A stretch of DNA of 64,000 nt, taken from NCBI GenBank assembly GCA_965214095.1, contig OZ243938.1:2336001-2400000 (forward strand). The letters are read 5' to 3'. A program made the position numbers and the translations under genes. Below the pieces are notes generated by a model that saw only the letters and a list, made by a program, of their open reading frames with translations, searched no databases and had not been told where the DNA came from. Numbering within the stretch: the first letter of the stretch is position 1; every line of letters starts with the position of its first letter. Shown here in pieces: positions 59,799 to 64,000 of this stretch. The DNA is from Candidatus Poribacteria bacterium. Lineage in GTDB: Bacteria > Poribacteria > WGA-4E > WGA-3G.

Positions 59799-62417
59799 CT
59801 AACGTTTCTCAACATTGAAGTTTGCTGTCAACGCCTTATCAACACGATCCTGCGATTCTTCAAGATGCGCAACACTGTACTCATCCAGTTTTGCCTTAGA
59901 ATTTTGCAGGACAGTCTTTAGACGATCATTGATTTGTGTTAGATGTAGACGTGCAAGAGATCTTGCATCTTCAGGTGTCCCACTATCTGCAGCCAATACT
60001 AACTTAATAAGCTGCTTCAAGTGTTCTCGTTGTAGTCCACGTCTGAAACTTGAGATAAATGCATCTGAATTGGTCCACTGATTAGCATCAGCATTCTTAT
60101 CAAGTTCAACCCAAACAGCATCTGTAATGCCGGTAAACAATTCTGGCATTGTGAAGGCATCTTCACCAGAGAACTTTAGTTCTGTGTCCTGAACGCGCGA
60201 AAGCACATTCGCATCAAGCAATCTTCTCAGGATTTGACCTTGGTTTCGCAGAATAACATCATGAATTGGGTAATCCAAACGAGAAGAGTTATTACTACTT
60301 GTTCCCCAATCACTCCAACGCGTGATGGCAATGCTGTTCAACAGTTCTGGTGGAAAATCAAAAACCTTATCAGAGAGAGCATGTTCCTTGATAAATGCAA
60401 GTGCCTCACGTTGCTTCTTCGCTGACACTGGCACATAAGGCAAACGACCATCTTTATCACCCTTGTGATCACGATGGTGGTATTGTCCACCGATAAAACG
60501 TGCAGCAAGATACATAGATGAAGTGTATTCACCAAGAAGTGATCTGAACGCGCGTCTCACACGTTGATACCCCATGCCATCTGTAGTAACTTTATCTGCA
60601 ATTTCGTCCCAGAGTCCGGCGACAATCTCACGACGTTGTTTCGCAAACTCAAGCGGATCCGCACCCATGTCCCAACGATTCACCAAGGGATCAAGGTCAC
60701 GGTTTTGGTATGCAGATGCATCACCATCTGTGCCGTACCTGAGTTCTGAAGCCGCTGCACGAGATGCAATTTTCTGTAATTCTGGTAATTCTGCTTCTGG
60801 TTTATTACCACTCACCGGCTTGTAGGCATATTCTACAACCCAATAGTCCCAGGGACCGATTGTTGGTGTATAATAATGCCCCTGTTTCTTACCTTCAGGC
60901 GCAATATTTACAGCATCATATTCCATAACAGATCCGACAAGTGGCTCGTCTTTTTGCTTGTTCACTTCATCAAGAGTATGGATAGTACTTGCTTTAAAAT
61001 TATGACGCAATCCTAATGTGTGTCCAACTTCATGCATAATCAATGCTTTGAGTGCTTGACCAATAAACTCTTCTGGGAGTTCTCCACCATCTTCCATCGC
61101 ACCGCGCGCCTGCATAACACTCGCCATGAAGCCAATCTGGCGGGCAAGGCCGGTCGCCATTTGGCAGTGAAACCTTGAATCGTGATCAATCGGATGTTCA
61201 CGTTCATGTTCTAATTCATCAAAGAATGTCGTCCACTCCCGCTGCCAATATCTAATCCAACTCTCACCCACAAGAATATCGGCATCCAGAATTTGTCCTG
61301 TCAACGGATTTACACGAGATGGTCCAATCGCAAAGGATGCACCCACTATCCAACGGATTGTGTTGTAACGTGCATCTTCAGGATCCCAATCTTCATGGTC
61401 TTGCTGAATCCGTGCTTCAATCGCATCAATAAAACCTGCTTTTTCAAATGCTTTATTCCATTCCAGAATTCCCTGACGTACATAAGGACGGAAGCGATGG
61501 GGGACGGTTTTTTCAATATAGAAGATAATCGGTTCTTTAGGAGGTGAAAGTTTCTTGTCTTTGTCTGCTTTCTCCAAATGCCAACGATTGACATAACGGA
61601 TGAAGGGTTCATCGCTTGTCTGTAGTGAATAATCTTTCACCGTCGTCATAAAATGTCCCATACGATCATCAGCAAAACGCGGTTGATAATCATTGTTTGG
61701 CAGTTGTGAAAGACTATAATGAACTGCTACCTGCATTCCACGACTGTCGGGAACAGCGGTTCTACTACCACCACCAGAATAAACAGCATTCACCCGCAGT
61801 TCTACGTTTTTTGGAAACGCTTTGATGGCACCCCAAGTACTACGAGCTTTATCGAATCGTGCCCCTCCTAAATTGCCTGCTAAAGGAAGCAAATCAGATA
61901 TAAACACTGGTGATATATTTACAAGCAGACTCTTGCTCTGTGGATGGACACTTTCAAGTTTGAGAGCAAAAAGCACAGAGTCACTATATCCTAAGTTGAC
62001 CGCCTCTGCAATGGGAGAACCTTTATCAGCACGAAAACGGACGTTCTTCCGGACAAGATGCACCTTATCGCCAACCCGTTTCCATTCAAGTAACCATTCG
62101 TCCATGGTCATACCAGACAGAATATATCCTGACCCTATCCCACGCGCAATGCTTGCCATGAGTAGAAACGGCTTCTCTAATTGGGATGGTTTGATTTCAC
62201 AATACAGATTCTCTTTTTTCTGGTAAAGTGTGAAGTAACCTTGATACTTTTTGCTATCTTCTGTGACTTTATTAAAATCTTCGTACTCTTTCTTCTTTTT
62301 TGCTGCAGTCTGTTGTGCTGCAGGTTTTGCCTCTGTTTTCGCTTCTTGAGCAATTGTTGGTAAACTTAAACTACCTATGAATACAAAACAGATAAGCAAA
62401 GTGATTATTCGTTTCAT
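59799..62417 (-). CDS. Secreted zinc metalloprotease (met-zincin, DUF5117/DUF4953-like)
   Basis: 'HEVGHTLGLRHNF', Met-turn 'SVMEY', 'PRFADDRMGHF'; AAGGAG RBS. Confidence 0.9.
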   Translation of the reverse strand: MKRIITLLICFVFIGSLSLPTIAQEAKTEAKPAAQQTAAKKKKEYEDFNKVTEDSKKYQGYFTLYQKKENLYCEIKPSQLEKPFLLMASIARGIGSGYILSGMTMDEWLLEWKRVGDKVHLVRKNVRFRADKGSPIAEAVNLGYSDSVLFALKLESVHPQSKSLLVNISPVFISDLLPLAGNLGGARFDKARSTWGAIKAFPKNVELRVNAVYSGGGSRTAVPDSRGMQVAVHYSLSQLPNNDYQPRFADDRMGHFMTTVKDYSLQTSDEPFIRYVNRWHLEKADKDKKLSPPKEPIIFYIEKTVPHRFRPYVRQGILEWNKAFEKAGFIDAIEARIQQDHEDWDPEDARYNTIRWIVGASFAIGPSRVNPLTGQILDADILVGESWIRYWQREWTTFFDELEHEREHPIDHDSRFHCQMATGLARQIGFMASVMQARGAMEDGGELPEEFIGQALKALIMHEVGHTLGLRHNFKASTIHTLDEVNKQKDEPLVGSVMEYDAVNIAPEGKKQGHYYTPTIGPWDYWVVEYAYKPVSGNKPEAELPELQKIASRAAASELRYGTDGDASAYQNRDLDPLVNRWDMGADPLEFAKQRREIVAGLWDEIADKVTTDGMGYQRVRRAFRSLLGEYTSSMYLAARFIGGQYHHRDHKGDKDGRLPYVPVSAKKQREALAFIKEHALSDKVFDFPPELLNSIAITRWSDWGTSSNNSSRLDYPIHDVILRNQGQILRRLLDANVLSRVQDTELKFSGEDAFTMPELFTGITDAVWVELDKNADANQWTNSDAFISSFRRGLQREHLKQLIKLVLAADSGTPEDARSLARLHLTQINDRLKTVLQNSKAKLDEYSVAHLEESQDRVDKALTANFNVEKR

Positions 62418-62477
62418 AATACTTTCTCCTTTTTATGTTTTAGAAGGTGATGGATTCACCTTATCAAACTCTTGTTA

Positions 62478-62589
62478 TACCATTTCTAATAGAAAACGCC
62501 GCATTTTTGTAGCATAAACTGCCAGTTTGTGCAGTCCTTCAAGACATTCTTAACAAATGTTAATGGGATAAACATTTATAGAAATGGTA
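62478..62589. mobile_element. MITE-D copy duplicating the stop codon of the PhyH gene
   Basis: TTA at 62475-62477 and 62590-62592. Confidence 0.82.
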
Positions 62590-63357
62590 TTATATCTTAT
62601 TATAATGGATTCGCCGACTGCCATCAAAAGAGATGCGTGGCCAATCGCGTTCCCAATTCTCTGATTGATACGGGATGTAGTGACATGCCAATGCATGTCT
62701 ACGCGTACCGGGTTTTAGTACAGGAGCACCACCGTGTATCAGTTTTCCGTTAAACAGAACAACATCTCCTTGGTTCACAAGCACTTGAACTTTATCCGCA
62801 ACGTTCTCCTCAAATACTTGTTCTACCCTTGGAAAATATCGGTTGGACTGTTGCTGTTCGTAGGTTTCATCCGGTTGTAATATCATAGGCACATCTTGTT
62901 TTGTGATTAACCTACCTTTGTGCGAACCGGGTTGAACAACTAAAGGTCCATTGTCTTTATCAACATCTACCATAGCTATCCATGCTGACATACAATCAGG
63001 CAGATAGTATTGGTCTTGATGTAGTGGATGTTCCGAACCTTCATAAAAATGCATCGTTTGAATTGCCTCTGGTTCATCCCCGAAACAGTCTTTCAGTGGT
63101 TGGTGCAATCGTGCATCAATGAGAAATTCCAAAACATACGGATCATATAGATGTTGATTGAATGTGCGATAACCATACTTGTCTTGTTGGAAAAATCCTG
63201 TGAGTTCCTTACGACCGTTGTGAAGATCTTCCAGATGTTCAACAAAACCTTGGCATTCCTCCTTTGTGAAGACACTTTGAAGCACAAGATATCCGTATGT
63301 ATCATAATATGATTTCTGTTGATTGGTTAAACCTACCTGTTCTGATGCCATATTCAT
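62590..63357 (-). CDS. PhyH-family dioxygenase
   Basis: 'LHQDQYY', 'NGPLVVQPGSH', 'GDVVLFNGKLIHG', 'RHALACHY'. Confidence 0.9.
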   Translation of the reverse strand: MNMASEQVGLTNQQKSYYDTYGYLVLQSVFTKEECQGFVEHLEDLHNGRKELTGFFQQDKYGYRTFNQHLYDPYVLEFLIDARLHQPLKDCFGDEPEAIQTMHFYEGSEHPLHQDQYYLPDCMSAWIAMVDVDKDNGPLVVQPGSHKGRLITKQDVPMILQPDETYEQQQSNRYFPRVEQVFEENVADKVQVLVNQGDVVLFNGKLIHGGAPVLKPGTRRHALACHYIPYQSENWERDWPRISFDGSRRIHYNKI

Positions 63358-63365
63358 CTATCTAT

Positions 63366-63503
63366 TATAGTGAAATGTAAAAATACGTGCACACTCCCCG
63401 GTAGATGCGGTTTCCTAACCGCATCTATGAGACTGAACAAACACCGGTTCGGTTAGGAAACCGAACCTACCGTAGTGTGTAAATAATTATGGTTTTTACT
63501 ATA
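63366..63503. mobile_element. MITE-A, uninterrupted copy in reverse orientation
   Basis: Empty allele of the nest at 19660-21495. Confidence 0.82.
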
Positions 63504-64000
63504 GTAAGAAAAGTAGTTTTTTATTGCTGTTTCTCCATAAGAATCGCTTATGTTCTATTACATTGTATTTATGTTATTTTGAGAGGAAAAATCTGAATAT
63601 TGTATGACAGAAAACAGATTACACAAACGGCATTCTTGACACAAATAATAACACAATGTATTGCTCATGTCAAAGGAAAACAGGGATGTGTCAGGATTAC
63701 ATTATCCTGTCCATCTACTAATCCTGCAAATCTACTAATCCTGCAAATCCTGGTTCAGACAATATAACAAAACATCATACACCCTTAAAACACTTGGATA
63801 TTTTCATAAGGTTGATGTAAAATTGTAACTAATCGGGTATAATATCAAATATCTTCATTAAGGTTGACAGCCTTTACTTTCCATAGGAGTTTCCCCTTGA
63901 AAATAGTTGATGTCAAAACATATATGATTGATGTACCGCCACCACATTGGGGTGGTAGACATTGGATCTTTGTCAAATTCGTTACGGATGAAGGAATTGA

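Noticed and set aside
8009-63470. Palindromic ~25-bp repeats as a CRISPR array
   Set aside because: They are dispersed and occur as inverted pairs, not as direct repeats with unique spacers; no cas1/cas2 is present.

Overview
Bacterial chromosomal window that most resembles the sponge symbiont Candidatus Poribacteria. This is an inference from gene content: tandem secreted WD40 proteins, LamG proteins ending in a V[DE]xxxKxxTxWGxxK motif, three PhyH dioxygenases and TPR/FG-GAP proteins. It holds about 40 CDS, including an FtsX/OPT-like/PqqD/ABC operon, an ECF sigma factor fused to a full-length DNA Pol III beta clamp, a Cu-only-type SOD with a ~200-aa insertion, a cytochrome P460-like lipoprotein, ackA and a DUF433/PIN toxin-antitoxin pair. 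Mobile DNA is dense. Two 1488-bp IS4-family copies each duplicate exactly the 20-bp body of a GTAG-REP hairpin, and one is the innermost layer of a three-level nest (MITE > MITE > IS) whose empty alleles occur elsewhere in the window. An IS200/IS605 tnpA-tnpB element splits a GNAT gene. At least six MITE families with different ends all carry a GTAG-hairpin cargo. No rRNA, tRNA or CRISPR array was recognised. All calls were made by eye from the sequence; no database searches were run.
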